Source: an uncultured Desulfosarcina sp. (GTDB lineage: Bacteria > Desulfobacterota > Desulfobacteria > Desulfobacterales > Desulfosarcinaceae). From it: DNA of 64,000 nt. Location: assembly GCA_963674945.2 (NCBI GenBank), contig CAXXWQ010000004.1, positions 2,144,001-2,208,000 of the forward strand, read 5' to 3'. The translations under genes and the position numbers were made by a program. Below are positions 40,293 to 50,432 of the stretch, in pieces. The notes below the pieces were generated by a model. The model ran no database searches. It saw only the letters and a program-made list of their open reading frames with translations, and was not told where the DNA came from. Numbering within the stretch: position 1 is the first letter of the stretch; every line of letters starts with the position of its first letter.

Positions 40293-40895
40293 CTATGGTG
40301 ATCTTTCCATGAAAACTGACCGGTTTCCCATCAAAATGGACATATATTCGGCTTCAAGCCGGATCATCGGTTGATCTTTCTTTCGCAGCCATTCGCTGAG
40401 CCAGGCAAAACGGATGGCCAATGTCAGATCCGGCAGGATCTTCCAGCTTTCCCGGGAATAGACGCCCGTGCCGTTCAAGCCACGAAGAAGCCGACTCGCA
40501 AAGGGGCCGGAACAGGTTGGCCGGGTCTTCCATCCCCAGACACCCCAACATGTTGGCCAGGTCATAGATTTCCGGCTTTATGCCGGAGAATTCCCAGTCA
40601 ATGACCGCACGGATGGATTTTTCCCCCCAGATCACATTCAGGGGATGAAGGTCTCCATGGCAAAAAGATATGGAATTTTCTCCAGTAAAAAAAGACAACC
40701 GGAATTCGTCTCCACCACCGACCGCCACGTGGTACGCGCGGGACTGCCGGATATGGGAATATCCGGTCGAAAACGAATGAAACGTAAGCCCCACTTGTTT
40801 GAAGCGGTGGCCAGAATCCGCGAGGGATCCCGAAAAAAAGAGCCGGGATCGGGGCTGTTTGTCCGTAATTCGCCCCGATCCCATGCTCTTCCCAT
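40293..40895 (-). pseudogene. APH/homoserine-kinase-like phosphotransferase with internal deletion and frameshifts
   Basis: GSPARTTWRSVVE..FLLEKI abuts FCHGDLHPLNVIW..IDWEF in another frame; C-terminus IRFAWLSEWLR in another frame again. Confidence 0.75.
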
Positions 40896-40912
40896 GCTTT
40901 TTGCCGAAGAGA

Positions 40913-42519
40913 CTATTTTTTCCAATAGGGATTGATGATGTCTTCGAAGATGGCCAGGGCCGCTTCCGATCCGTACCCTGCGGCGGTGACGATCTGCTTG
41001 AAGCCGCCGGCTACGTCACCGGCCACGTAGATGCCGGGAATATTGGTCCTGAATTGATCGTGCTTGATGTATCCCTCTTCGGTGAGTTCCAGCCCACCTT
41101 TTTTGCAAGGTCGACGGCCGGATCGTAGCCGATGGCGAGGAAAACGCCGTCGGCCGGTTGGGTACCGGTCTGACCGGTGGCATTGTTGAATAAGACCACC
41201 TCGGTAACCCGATTCTCTCCCCGGATCTCCTGGATTTCGGTGTTAAAGAGAATGGGGATGCCATTGTCGATCAGCTGTTTGACCAGAACATCCTGGGCTT
41301 TCAGGCGATCCCGACGATGTACCAGCGTAACTTTCACACCCATGTTGTGCAGGTGAAGGGCCTCTGTTGCGGCGCTGTTTCCGCCACCCACCATAAAGAC
41401 CCGTCTCCCCTTGAACAAGGGGCCGTCACAGGTGGCACAATAGCTGACGCCGCGACCGGAGAACCGCTGTTCCCCCGGCACCCTGAGGTTTCGATGGGTG
41501 GCGCCGGTGGCTAACAGTACGGCCTGGGTCTTGAATTTTCTCCGGGATGTCTGAACGACGTGCGGCTGTCCGGGAATGATATCGACCACTTCTTCGCCGG
41601 GGAATATCTGCACATACTCCAAAGCGTGGGTCACCATGATATCCACCAGGGTCTTGCCCCCAATTTCTTTCATGCCCGGATAGTTCTCCACCACCGGCGT
41701 AAGTGCCACCTGGCCGCCCAAGACGCCCTTTTCCACGACGACCGACGTTAATCCGCTGCGGGCCGCGTAGATACCGGCGGTGAGACCGGCAGGACCGCCG
41801 CCGACGATAACGAGTTGACACTCGACTTCCGCCTCGTCGCTTTCGGGGATGAAGATGGTTTGCTGTTCCATCTTGTCGATGGAAGAGACAAAGAGCTCTT
41901 CGGTCTGGGCGCCCATTGCGGTAAGGATATCGTTGGCAAAGGTCTGGGGGACCGAATGGGCGCCATATTGATCGGCCAGGTCGGCGTTGGCCTGAATGTC
42001 GATGATCGAAAGAGAAATCACATCCGGCCGGGCCACGGCGGCCTTGACGGCGTTTACGGCCTGCTGGGGGCAGTAGGGGCACGAGGCGCTGACGAAAACT
42101 TTGAGGTCGCGGGGTTGGTCGATCCTTTTCAGCACGCCCATGGCGGATTCGTTCAAGTCGCTTTTTCCCGTTCCCACACGCAAGAGCGCCTCCAAAAAGA
42201 TGCGGCCCTCTTCTCCCAAGGGGGCACCGAGCCAGCGGATTTTGTATCGTTCCGGATCAAAGACAAGGGTGGGAGAGTGGTCAATTCCCATTTCACTGGC
42301 CTTTTCATGGCTCAGATCGAATTCCCTCAGCACGATTTTGTCTGTCAATTGCCGGAAGAAACGAAGTGCCTGGCGTGCCGCATCGTTGAATACTTCGTTT
42401 TTCCCGCCCTGGGTAAACAAGAAGACAGGAATTTCCTTTTTCAGACCACTCAAAATGCGGCGCAGTTCCGCTTGCACCTGCCGCATCTGTTCTTCGTCAA
42501 TGTCATGTTCATGACTCAT
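40913..42519 (-). CDS. Thioredoxin-fold/thioredoxin reductase fusion (AhpF-like), frameshifted near 41095
   Basis: CPYC, GGGPAG, CATCDG, GGGNSA; C-terminal TNIPGIYVAGDVAGGFKQIVTA...PYWKK* lies in the -1 frame. Confidence 0.85.
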
Positions 42520-42575
42520 GGCGCCTTCTCCTTTTATCGTCTATCCATTCAAAACCGCTGGAAGGGTCGAAATTT

Positions 42576-43286
42576 TCAGTCCCGAAACACAAGTTTCCCA
42601 CCGTACCAGCCGGCAGTCGCCGCAGCTGTCAGCATGATAAGGTTGATCACGAAAAAGGCAACTCGCAGGGGATGGGTGGTATGGATCACCTCCGGATTGA
42701 CGAGCAGCCAGATGAACAGAATCCAGGCGGTTGCGGTAACGACGATGCCACAGGCAATCTTTACTGTGAAGACCTGGGTCATGACGCCATTGAACCGATT
42801 TTGCCAATCCACCCATCCGGAGAAGAGGACCAGCGGCATGGCAAGTGCCACCACTCCCATGTTGTACGCCGCCGCCGTTGCCATGCCCTCAATGGTGAAC
42901 ACGGCGGACAGGAAAATGAACAAGATGGTCACGGGCAAAAGGCCGTTGGGAATATGAACGGTAATGGGGTGCCCATGGAATCTGGTCATCATTTCGAACA
43001 GTTGCCGGTAACGTGAATCGGCAAAGGGTGAAACCGTTTTGGTGGTTTCCTCGGGTTCAGCAGCCGTTTCGGGTGTCTCGGATTCAGCAGAACCACTGGA
43101 AGCGGTGGATTCCAGAGGATCGGAGGAAGGTTGTTCCTCTGGATCCGGCTCGGGTTTCGGTGTCTCGGTTCCCTGTTCGCTGATTTCGATGAATCGACTC
43201 CGGGGCGCGCCGCAAACCGGGCATTTTTCAGGGGGCTCATCTCCAGTGTGAATATAACCACATACGGTACATTTCCATTTTTTCAT
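42576..43286 (-). CDS. Rubredoxin-domain + DUF2231-like membrane protein
   Basis: [16 protein letters not shown], acidic linker, HPITVHIP, 4 [11 protein letters not shown]. Confidence 0.85.
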   Translation of the reverse strand: MKKWKCTVCGYIHTGDEPPEKCPVCGAPRSRFIEISEQGTETPKPEPDPEEQPSSDPLESTASSGSAESETPETAAEPEETTKTVSPFADSRYRQLFEMMTRFHGHPITVHIPNGLLPVTILFIFLSAVFTIEGMATAAAYNMGVVALAMPLVLFSGWVDWQNRFNGVMTQVFTVKIACGIVVTATAWILFIWLLVNPEVIHTTHPLRVAFFVINLIMLTAAATAGWYGGKLVFRD

Positions 43287-43373
43287 TGTTCTTTATCGTG
43301 CCTCGTTGGTTGATGTAGATGATTTGTAAGTAATTCAATTCCAGTTGTTGCTTCCGAAGACGGGCCTTTTTGA

Positions 43374-44552
43374 TTATCGGTCATCCATTGGAACGAATGC
43401 ACATTCGTCCGGACCGCAGTAATCCCCCACATAATCCGATTCGGGCCGGTACAAGGTAGGCTTGGCGGCCGCCCCGCCGAACTGTTCTTCGATCACGTGC
43501 GCCACCCAACCGGCGATGCGGGAAATGGCGAATATGGGTGTAAACAAATCCACTGCGATTCCCATATAATAGTAAAGGCTTGCACTGTAAAAGTCTACAT
43601 TGACAAAAATGTCCTTGCCTTTTCTCTCTTTAAATGCAGCCTTGCCTTTTGTCTCCAGTTCTCTGGATAGATCGTACCACCGGGTGTCGCCGGCCCGCTT
43701 TCCCAGTGCCTGGGACATTGGTGCGAGAATATGGGCACGTGGATCGTCCACCTGGTACACTGCGTGGCCCAACCCCATGATCACGCCGCCGGAATCCAGG
43801 ATGTTGGTAATGTATTCGTCCACTTTGTCAACCGCCCCGATTTCCAAAAGCATCCGCATCACCCGTGTATTTGCCCCGCCATGAAGGGGGCCGGAGAGGG
43901 AGCCGACACCGGCTGCCACCGCTGCATACATATGCGCCTTTGTAGACGCGACCTCCCGGGCGGCGAAGGTGGATGCGTTAAACGAGTGTTCCGCATGGAG
44001 CACCAGGCAAGTATCGAAATAGCCGGCCATTTCATCGTCGGGGATTTCCCCGTTGAGCATGTAGAGAAAATTGGCAGCCTGTCCCAAGGTTGGATCCGGC
44101 GCGATGGGTGCTTTGCCATTTCTGATCCGATCCCATGCCGCAACGACGGTGGGAAACTTGGCGATGAGGCGAATGGCCATGCGGACGGCGCTTTCCATTT
44201 GGGTATCGCCGAGGTCCGGGTCGTAGTTTGCCATCATGGGAACGGTGGCCTGGAGCACGTCCATGGGCAGGGATTCTTTTGGCATGGTTTTCATTGCCGA
44301 CAGGATTTCTTCGGGCAAGGCCCGCTGCTGAGCCATCTGCTCGGTAAAATCGGCAAGCTCTTTACGTCCCGGCAGTCGTTCGAACAAAAGCAGGAAGACC
44401 ACTTCCTCGAATGTCGTTTTTCCGGCGAGATCCTTGACGAGGTATCCTCGATAGACCAATTTTCCTTCGGCGCCATTGACATCGCTGATTTTCGTACTTG
44501 CAATGGTTATACCCCGCAAGCCGGTGTTGATCGTCGGTTTACACGTTTCCAT
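43374..44552 (-). CDS. gltA: Citrate (or 2-methylcitrate) synthase
   Basis: LVYRGY, HAEHSFNAST, GPLHGGAN, MGLGHAVY..DPRA, NVDFYS. Confidence 0.9.
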   Translation of the reverse strand: METCKPTINTGLRGITIASTKISDVNGAEGKLVYRGYLVKDLAGKTTFEEVVFLLLFERLPGRKELADFTEQMAQQRALPEEILSAMKTMPKESLPMDVLQATVPMMANYDPDLGDTQMESAVRMAIRLIAKFPTVVAAWDRIRNGKAPIAPDPTLGQAANFLYMLNGEIPDDEMAGYFDTCLVLHAEHSFNASTFAAREVASTKAHMYAAVAAGVGSLSGPLHGGANTRVMRMLLEIGAVDKVDEYITNILDSGGVIMGLGHAVYQVDDPRAHILAPMSQALGKRAGDTRWYDLSRELETKGKAAFKERKGKDIFVNVDFYSASLYYYMGIAVDLFTPIFAISRIAGWVAHVIEEQFGGAAAKPTLYRPESDYVGDYCGPDECAFVPMDDR

Positions 44553-44844
44553 GACTCACCTCTTTGTTATCGTAAGGTAAAGAAAGATTGTTTCGGCGTG
44601 TCGCGTCAGGCCCTATGAGGCATCGAATACAAATTATGTGCCATTTTCAGGGTCATCGTGAAGGAGCTTCTGTACCGCTCTCGCTGGCAGGTTCGGATTG
44701 GATGCGCGAGGCCACTCGACCGGATGTCGATCCACAGTCTTGTCTCATATTTTTTTTGTGATACAGGAGTGTATCACAATACAAAATGCTGGAATAAAAG
44801 GAGCTTACGATTCGTTACCAGGAGGCGAATAAAAACGACGACAT

Positions 44845-45282
44845 CTAACTGGCTTCTTTTCGGCCATCACGTTGATTGGCGCATTGTGGACACAGACCGG
44901 TGAATTCCAGATTGTGGCCGATGATTTCGAAAACCGTTGTTCCGTAAAGGTCATCTTCCAGTTCATTCAATGGTGCGATGGGAGCGTCGTCGACACGGCC
45001 ACAGTGAACGCAACGGATATGGTAATGCTTCTTGGCGATACCGTCGTAGCGCTTCATGGAACCGGAAAGTTCCAGTCGCTGGATTTCGCCCATTTCGCAA
45101 AGAACATCAAGGTTTCGATAAACCGTGCCCAAACTGATTCGAGGCAACCGTTTCCGCACCCGTTCGTAAATTTCATCGGCTGCCGGATGGCTGCTGACTT
45201 TCCGTATTTCCTCCAGAATCACTCTCCGCTGCCGAGTCATCCGCGTTTTCTTTTCCAGTTCCACGCCTTCTACTCTCCACAA
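44845..45282 (-). CDS. Fur/PerR-family regulator
   Basis: RMTRQR, HPAADE, SLGTVYRNL, HYHIRCVHCG, CPQC. Confidence 0.92.
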   Translation of the reverse strand: MWRVEGVELEKKTRMTRQRRVILEEIRKVSSHPAADEIYERVRKRLPRISLGTVYRNLDVLCEMGEIQRLELSGSMKRYDGIAKKHYHIRCVHCGRVDDAPIAPLNELEDDLYGTTVFEIIGHNLEFTGLCPQCANQRDGRKEAS

Positions 45283-45657
45283 AACCAGTTTGCTCTTTTC
45301 CTAAAATGAAATCGGGTATATGTCAAGGGAAAGCGCTGTCCCATTTCAGAGGGACATCATTTGGGCCGCATTTTTTTCGGAAATGAGGCGCACCTTCCCA
45401 AGAGAAGAAAGCACAATGGCAACTTGCAGATCCGGATAAATCGTGTCAAAATAATCATCTTAGATCAACGGTTCCCAGAACTCCTTGCGCCTTTCGGAAT
45501 TTTTTTCGTCCGGTATAAATATTGCTCAATGAAACCCAGTCGGTGCCCTCACATGGCAAAGACGCCAAGGCAACGACAATCCCATAAAAAACCTGATCAT
45601 ACAGGCCGATCGTTTCATAGCTTCGCACCGATCGTATATCGCAACAAAGGGCAATTG

Positions 45658-47001
45658 ATGAATAGCTTGCACCTGAAAAAAGGATTTTCCCTAAAAATCA
45701 CGGGCGCTCCGATTCGGCAGGTAAGCCAATTGAAAGCGCCCTCCCATGTGGGCATGCTTCCCGTGCGCATTCCGTTTATCAAACCCCGGATGCTGGTGGA
45801 ATTGGGGGATACGGTAGCCATCGGCACTCCGCTGTTCGAAGACAAGCGAAATCCGCGTATCCGGTTTCTATCACCGGGAGGCGGTCGCATCTCCGATATC
45901 GTCTTCGGTCCGCGACGGGTCATCGAGAAGGTCATCATCCAATTGGATGCAACGGAGCGCCGGGAAACCTTCGATTCCCCTTCCGTGGAAAAACTCGGTG
46001 CCACCGATCGTCATACCCTGGTAGAAATGCTTCTCACAGGGGGTATGTGGCCGTTTCTAAGGGCGCTTCCCTTCCTGGACATGGCCGATCCCGAAGTCAT
46101 TCCACCCGCTATCATCGTTCGCCTCGGCGACGATGAACCCTTCGGCCCCGATCCGACGGTTTACCTGAACGAAAAGGAGGCGATGTTCGAAATCGGCATG
46201 CGTGTGATAGAAAGATTGTGTGATCATGTGATGGTCCACATCCTGGGTAACGACGCGATCCATGCCCTTTTGCCCGACCGGATCGAGGTGCGGCAATTTT
46301 CCGGTCCCTACCCGGCGGGAAACCCCGGCGTTCAGCTGTACTGGACCAAGAAAGGACCGGACCAGAACCGAAGCTGGTTCATCGATGGCCAGGATGTGGT
46401 CCGTATTGGGGAATTTTTCGATTCCGGCCACTATCCCATCGAGCGGATTGTGTCGGTCGGGGGCAGTCTCGCCCCCGATACCGGGCATCTGTCCACCCGG
46501 GCCGGCGTGCCCCTGATCCACCTCATGGGTGAAAACAAAACCCTTGCGCCAACGGTCCGGACCATTGTCGGCGGGATTTTCACCGGTTTTCACAGTGATG
46601 CCAATGGATTCATGGGGTTTTTCGAAGATGCATTGAACCTTATCGATGACGGGGATCGGGAGGAGCCATTCGGTTTTATCCGATTGGGGTACAATAAACC
46701 CAGTTACTCCACCGCCTTTCTTTCGTCCTTTCGGCGAAAACCCTTTCCCATGGATTGTGGACAGCATGGCGAGGTGAGGGCCTGCGTCAACTGCGGTACG
46801 TGTGCCAACATCTGCCCGGTGGAGATCTTGCCCCAGTTCACCATGAAGTGTCTTATGGCTGATGAGGTGGAAGAGGCCCTGGCCCACGGCCTGTTGGACT
46901 GTGCCGAATGCGGGCTGTGCACCTATGCCTGCCCGTCAAAAATAGAGCTGACCCAGTTGTTTAAAATTGCCAAGGCACAGTATTATAAGGAGATTGCGTA
47001 A
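45658..47001 (+). CDS. nqrA: Na+-translocating NADH:quinone reductase subunit A
   Basis: LKKGFSLKITGAP, PLFEDK, SPGGG, GPYPAG; operon order; start moved to 45658. Confidence 0.88.
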   Translation: MNSLHLKKGFSLKITGAPIRQVSQLKAPSHVGMLPVRIPFIKPRMLVELGDTVAIGTPLFEDKRNPRIRFLSPGGGRISDIVFGPRRVIEKVIIQLDATERRETFDSPSVEKLGATDRHTLVEMLLTGGMWPFLRALPFLDMADPEVIPPAIIVRLGDDEPFGPDPTVYLNEKEAMFEIGMRVIERLCDHVMVHILGNDAIHALLPDRIEVRQFSGPYPAGNPGVQLYWTKKGPDQNRSWFIDGQDVVRIGEFFDSGHYPIERIVSVGGSLAPDTGHLSTRAGVPLIHLMGENKTLAPTVRTIVGGIFTGFHSDANGFMGFFEDALNLIDDGDREEPFGFIRLGYNKPSYSTAFLSSFRRKPFPMDCGQHGEVRACVNCGTCANICPVEILPQFTMKCLMADEVEEALAHGLLDCAECGLCTYACPSKIELTQLFKIAKAQYYKEIA

Positions 47002-47079
47002 GAATCAAGTGTATCACGTTCGTGTTTTTATCTTCAATAAGACGTGATGAATTTATAAGAATGCAGGTAGAACTCCACT

Positions 47080-48276
47080 ATGGTAAATTCCCTGAAACGA
47101 ATCTTCGATTCCACCCGGTCCCACTTTGAATCCGGGGGGAAACTGAAACGACTCCATCCCCTTTTCGACGCCATCGAAACGGTGGCCTTCGCCCCGGCAC
47201 TGCCCACAAAGGCCGATGCCCACGTGCGGGACAGCCTGGATTTGAAACGGTTCATGACCTTTGTCATCATATCCCTGCTTCCCCCGTTTTTCTACGGAAT
47301 CTACAACACCGGATACCAGACGCAGCTGTCGTCGGGCCTCGATATGGGATGGCTCTCCGTATGGCTTCGGGGGGCGGATATCGTTTTTCCCATGCTGATG
47401 GTCTCCTATGCCGTTGGTTTGTTCTGGGAGATCCTTTTCGCATCGGTCCGTGGTCACAAAATCAGCGAGGGCTTTTTGGTGACCGGCCTGCTTTTTCCCA
47501 TGACACTGCCACCGACGATCCCCCTCTGGCAGGTGGCCGTGGGCATCTCCTTCGGCGTGGTGATCGGCAAGGAAATTTTCGGAGGAACGGGCAGGAATAT
47601 TCTCAATCCGGCGCTAACGGCCAGGGCCTTTCTCTTTTTTGCCTATCCGGCCAACATGTCCGGCGATCGTGTCTGGACGGCGGTCATTGAAAAGGGCCAA
47701 AATGCCCTGGACGCCGTAACCGGCGCCACGCCGCTGGCCCTGGCCCCTCTGGCCGCGTCCGGAGAATCGGTGACCCGGATCCTCACCGATGCCGGCTACA
47801 CCTTCCAGCGGCTGTTCATGGGAAACATGGCGGGAAGTGTGGGTGAGACGTCGGCACTGATGATCCTCATCGGCGCCGGTTTTTTGGTTATCACCGGCGT
47901 GGCAAATTATCGCATCATGGCAGGCGGCGTTCTGGGCGTCCTGGCGGTGGCCTACCCGGGCTACCTGATCCATATCTATTCGGGCGGCGAGGCGGCGCGG
48001 ATGTTCTCCGTGCATCCGGTCTGGCATCTGGTCATGGGCAGTTTTGCATTCGGTATCGTCTACATGGCAACGGATCCGGTGTCGGGTCCGGGTATGAACT
48101 TTTCTAGGTGGATCTATGGATTTCTCATCGGCGCGTTGACCGTCGCCATACGGGTGTTCAACCCGGCCTATCCGGAAGGCGTGATGCTGGCCATCTTGTT
48201 CATGAACCTGTTTGCCCCCCTGATCGACCACTTCGTCATCAAAACGCGGCTTAAAAAAAGGATTCCCAATGTCTGA
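47080..48276 (+). CDS. nqrB: Na+-NQR subunit B
   Basis: HVRDSLDLKR, KEIFGGTGRN, DAVTGATPL, MATDPVS. Confidence 0.93.
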   Translation: MVNSLKRIFDSTRSHFESGGKLKRLHPLFDAIETVAFAPALPTKADAHVRDSLDLKRFMTFVIISLLPPFFYGIYNTGYQTQLSSGLDMGWLSVWLRGADIVFPMLMVSYAVGLFWEILFASVRGHKISEGFLVTGLLFPMTLPPTIPLWQVAVGISFGVVIGKEIFGGTGRNILNPALTARAFLFFAYPANMSGDRVWTAVIEKGQNALDAVTGATPLALAPLAASGESVTRILTDAGYTFQRLFMGNMAGSVGETSALMILIGAGFLVITGVANYRIMAGGVLGVLAVAYPGYLIHIYSGGEAARMFSVHPVWHLVMGSFAFGIVYMATDPVSGPGMNFSRWIYGFLIGALTVAIRVFNPAYPEGVMLAILFMNLFAPLIDHFVIKTRLKKRIPNV

Positions 48277-48994
48277 CCCAATGTCTGGTAAGATCAAATC
48301 CATTTCCTTTACCGCCGCGGTCGCCCTGGTGTGCAGTCTTTTGCTCACCGGTGCGGCATCGGGGCTGAAGGATCGAAAATTGCGCAATGTAGCCGTGGAT
48401 CGGCAGAAAAACATATTGAAGTCCGTTGGCCTGATCAACCCATTACAAAAGCCGGATGCGGCGACAATCGAACGCCTCTACGATGAAAATATCCGCTGCT
48501 ACGGCGTCGATGGCAACGGTGCCATCGTTTCCAAAGATTCCGATGGAAAACAGGCAAAACCGGTCTGCTTCTATGTTGCAGACGGAAAACCCGCGGCTTA
48601 TATCCTCCCCGTGGATTCCCGCGGCCTGTGGGGACGGATTCACGGTTACATGGCCATTGAAAACGACGGCAAGACGGTGGCCGGATTTTCTGTATACAGC
48701 CACAACGAGACGCCGGGGCTGGGAGGAGAGATCGAAAAACCCTGGTTTCAGAAAAACTTCGTTGGCAAACGGATCGTGGACGGAAATGGCAATTTCGCCT
48801 CCGTCGGCATCGCCAAGGGAAAGGTGGCCGAAGTCATCCCAGCGGATCGACAGGCCAATTATGTAGACGGCATCAGCGGTGCCTCCCTCACCGGCAAGTT
48901 CCTCACCGGCGGCCTGGAGAAGGTATTGAGCAGGTACGAACCCCTTTCCAAACGATTCAGGGGTGGTTCGGTTGCCCTTCCCCAAGGCGGTTGA
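48269..48994 (+). CDS. nqrC: Na+-NQR subunit C
   Basis: GLWG, ETPGLGGEI, DGISGASLT. Confidence 0.9.
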   Translation: MSDPMSGKIKSISFTAAVALVCSLLLTGAASGLKDRKLRNVAVDRQKNILKSVGLINPLQKPDAATIERLYDENIRCYGVDGNGAIVSKDSDGKQAKPVCFYVADGKPAAYILPVDSRGLWGRIHGYMAIENDGKTVAGFSVYSHNETPGLGGEIEKPWFQKNFVGKRIVDGNGNFASVGIAKGKVAEVIPADRQANYVDGISGASLTGKFLTGGLEKVLSRYEPLSKRFRGGSVALPQGG

Positions 48995-49035
48995 AATAAA
49001 CAAAACAACATCCATCATGAGGTAATGGTGCTGTC

Positions 49036-49653
49036 ATGAAAATAACCCAATCGCCTTCATTCAGGGCCTTTTCCGAACCATTGGCAAAGAACAACCCGGT
49101 GTTCATCCAGAGTCTGGGCATCTGCTCGGCGCTGGCCGTCACCGTCCAGTTGAAGACGGCCATCGTCATGGCGCTGGCCATGACCTCCGTTACCGCCCTT
49201 TCCAGCCTGATCATTTCGACCATGCGTCACGCCATTCCCCGGAACGTGCGTATGATCGTCGAGCTGTCGGTCATCGCATCCCTGGTGATCCTGGCGGATG
49301 AACTGCTCCGGGCCTTCTTCTACGACATCAGCAAGCAGCTTTCTGTTTTCGTGGGTCTGATCATCACCAACTGCATCGTCATGGGGCGGGCTGAGACCTA
49401 CGCACTGGGCAATCCGCCCATCCAATCTTTCATGGATGGGTTGGGAAACGGCGCCGGATACGGGTTGGTCCTGGTGACCGTGGCACTGATCCGTGAACTG
49501 TTTGGCACCGGCAAGCTGCTTGGATTTCCCGTGATACCCCACTTTTTCTACGATTTAGGTTACATGAACATGGGCTTCATGCAATTGGCGCCGGCGGCGT
49601 TCATCATCATCGGGCTGCTGGTGTGGCTGCAGAAAAGCTTGATGAAAGGGTAA
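49036..49653 (+). CDS. nqrD: Na+-NQR subunit D
   Basis: [32 protein letters not shown]. Confidence 0.93.
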   Translation: MKITQSPSFRAFSEPLAKNNPVFIQSLGICSALAVTVQLKTAIVMALAMTSVTALSSLIISTMRHAIPRNVRMIVELSVIASLVILADELLRAFFYDISKQLSVFVGLIITNCIVMGRAETYALGNPPIQSFMDGLGNGAGYGLVLVTVALIRELFGTGKLLGFPVIPHFFYDLGYMNMGFMQLAPAAFIIIGLLVWLQKSLMKG

Positions 49654-49655
49654 TT

Positions 49656-50264
49656 ATGGAAAATCTGATCGGACTGTTTCTCCATTCGGTGTTTGTGGGC
49701 AACATCCTCCTTTCCTACTTTCTGGGGATGTGCTCATTTGTGGCGGTATCCAAGAACATGGACACGGCCATCGGGCTCGGCTTTGCCGTTGTGTTCGTCA
49801 TGTCCATCACAGCGCCGGTCAACTGGCTGGTGTTCAAATACCTTTTGTCTCCCGGCGCCCTGAGCTGGGCGGGCCTGTCGTCCATCGATTTGAGTTTTTT
49901 GAAATTAATCACCTTTATTGCCGTCATCGCCGCCATCGTTCAGATGGTGGAGATGGTGATCGATCGCTATTCACCGGGTCTGTACATGGCATTGGGCGTG
50001 TTTTTGCCGTTAATCACCGTCAACTGTGCCATTTTGGGTGCCTCCCTTTTCATGGTGGAACGAAACTACAGCTTCGTGGAAACCGTGGTCTTCGGTTTCG
50101 GATCCGGTGTGGGCTGGCTTCTGGCAATCATCTCCATGGCCGCCATTCGAATCAAGATGCGATATGCCAACGTGCCCAAAGGGCTGGAGGGATTCGGGAT
50201 CACCATGATCATGACCGGGCTTATGGCCATGGGTTTTATGCTTTTCTCGGGCATTACCCTGTAA
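49656..50264 (+). CDS. nqrE: Na+-NQR subunit E
   Basis: [17 protein letters not shown]. Confidence 0.93.
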   Translation: MENLIGLFLHSVFVGNILLSYFLGMCSFVAVSKNMDTAIGLGFAVVFVMSITAPVNWLVFKYLLSPGALSWAGLSSIDLSFLKLITFIAVIAAIVQMVEMVIDRYSPGLYMALGVFLPLITVNCAILGASLFMVERNYSFVETVVFGFGSGVGWLLAIISMAAIRIKMRYANVPKGLEGFGITMIMTGLMAMGFMLFSGITL

Positions 50265-50277
50265 CGGGAACCTCAGG

Positions 50278-50420
50278 AGTGTCTATCCAGAAATAGGAAA
50301 ATTTGGTCGAGATCGCGACGCGTGAAAAATTTTACCGGAGACATATGGTTGATATTTCGAGGATAAAATTTTCTGCGCAACAAAGATATCGGGCAAATTG
50401 GCCATTTCTGGATGGGCACT
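50278..50420. mobile_element. Non-autonomous palindromic element (MITE/ERIC-like)
   Basis: TIRs agtgtctatccagaaat / atttctggatgggcact; between nqrE and nqrF. Confidence 0.8.
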
Positions 50421-50432
50421 AAGGAGAATGTC

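Noticed and set aside
41815..42957. Long antisense ORFs (also 43731-44618, 46057-46887, 47614-48438, 53434-54291)
   Set aside because: Shadows of well-supported opposite-strand genes in GC-rich coding DNA
43320..43345. PerR/Fur box upstream of the rubredoxin-domain gene
   Set aside because: AT-rich but the palindrome is too imperfect to support
45540..45640. c-di-GMP-I or other riboswitch upstream of nqrA (ggcaaagacgcc)
   Set aside because: Lacks the GNRA-capped stem between GGCAAA and GACGC; no convincing consensus
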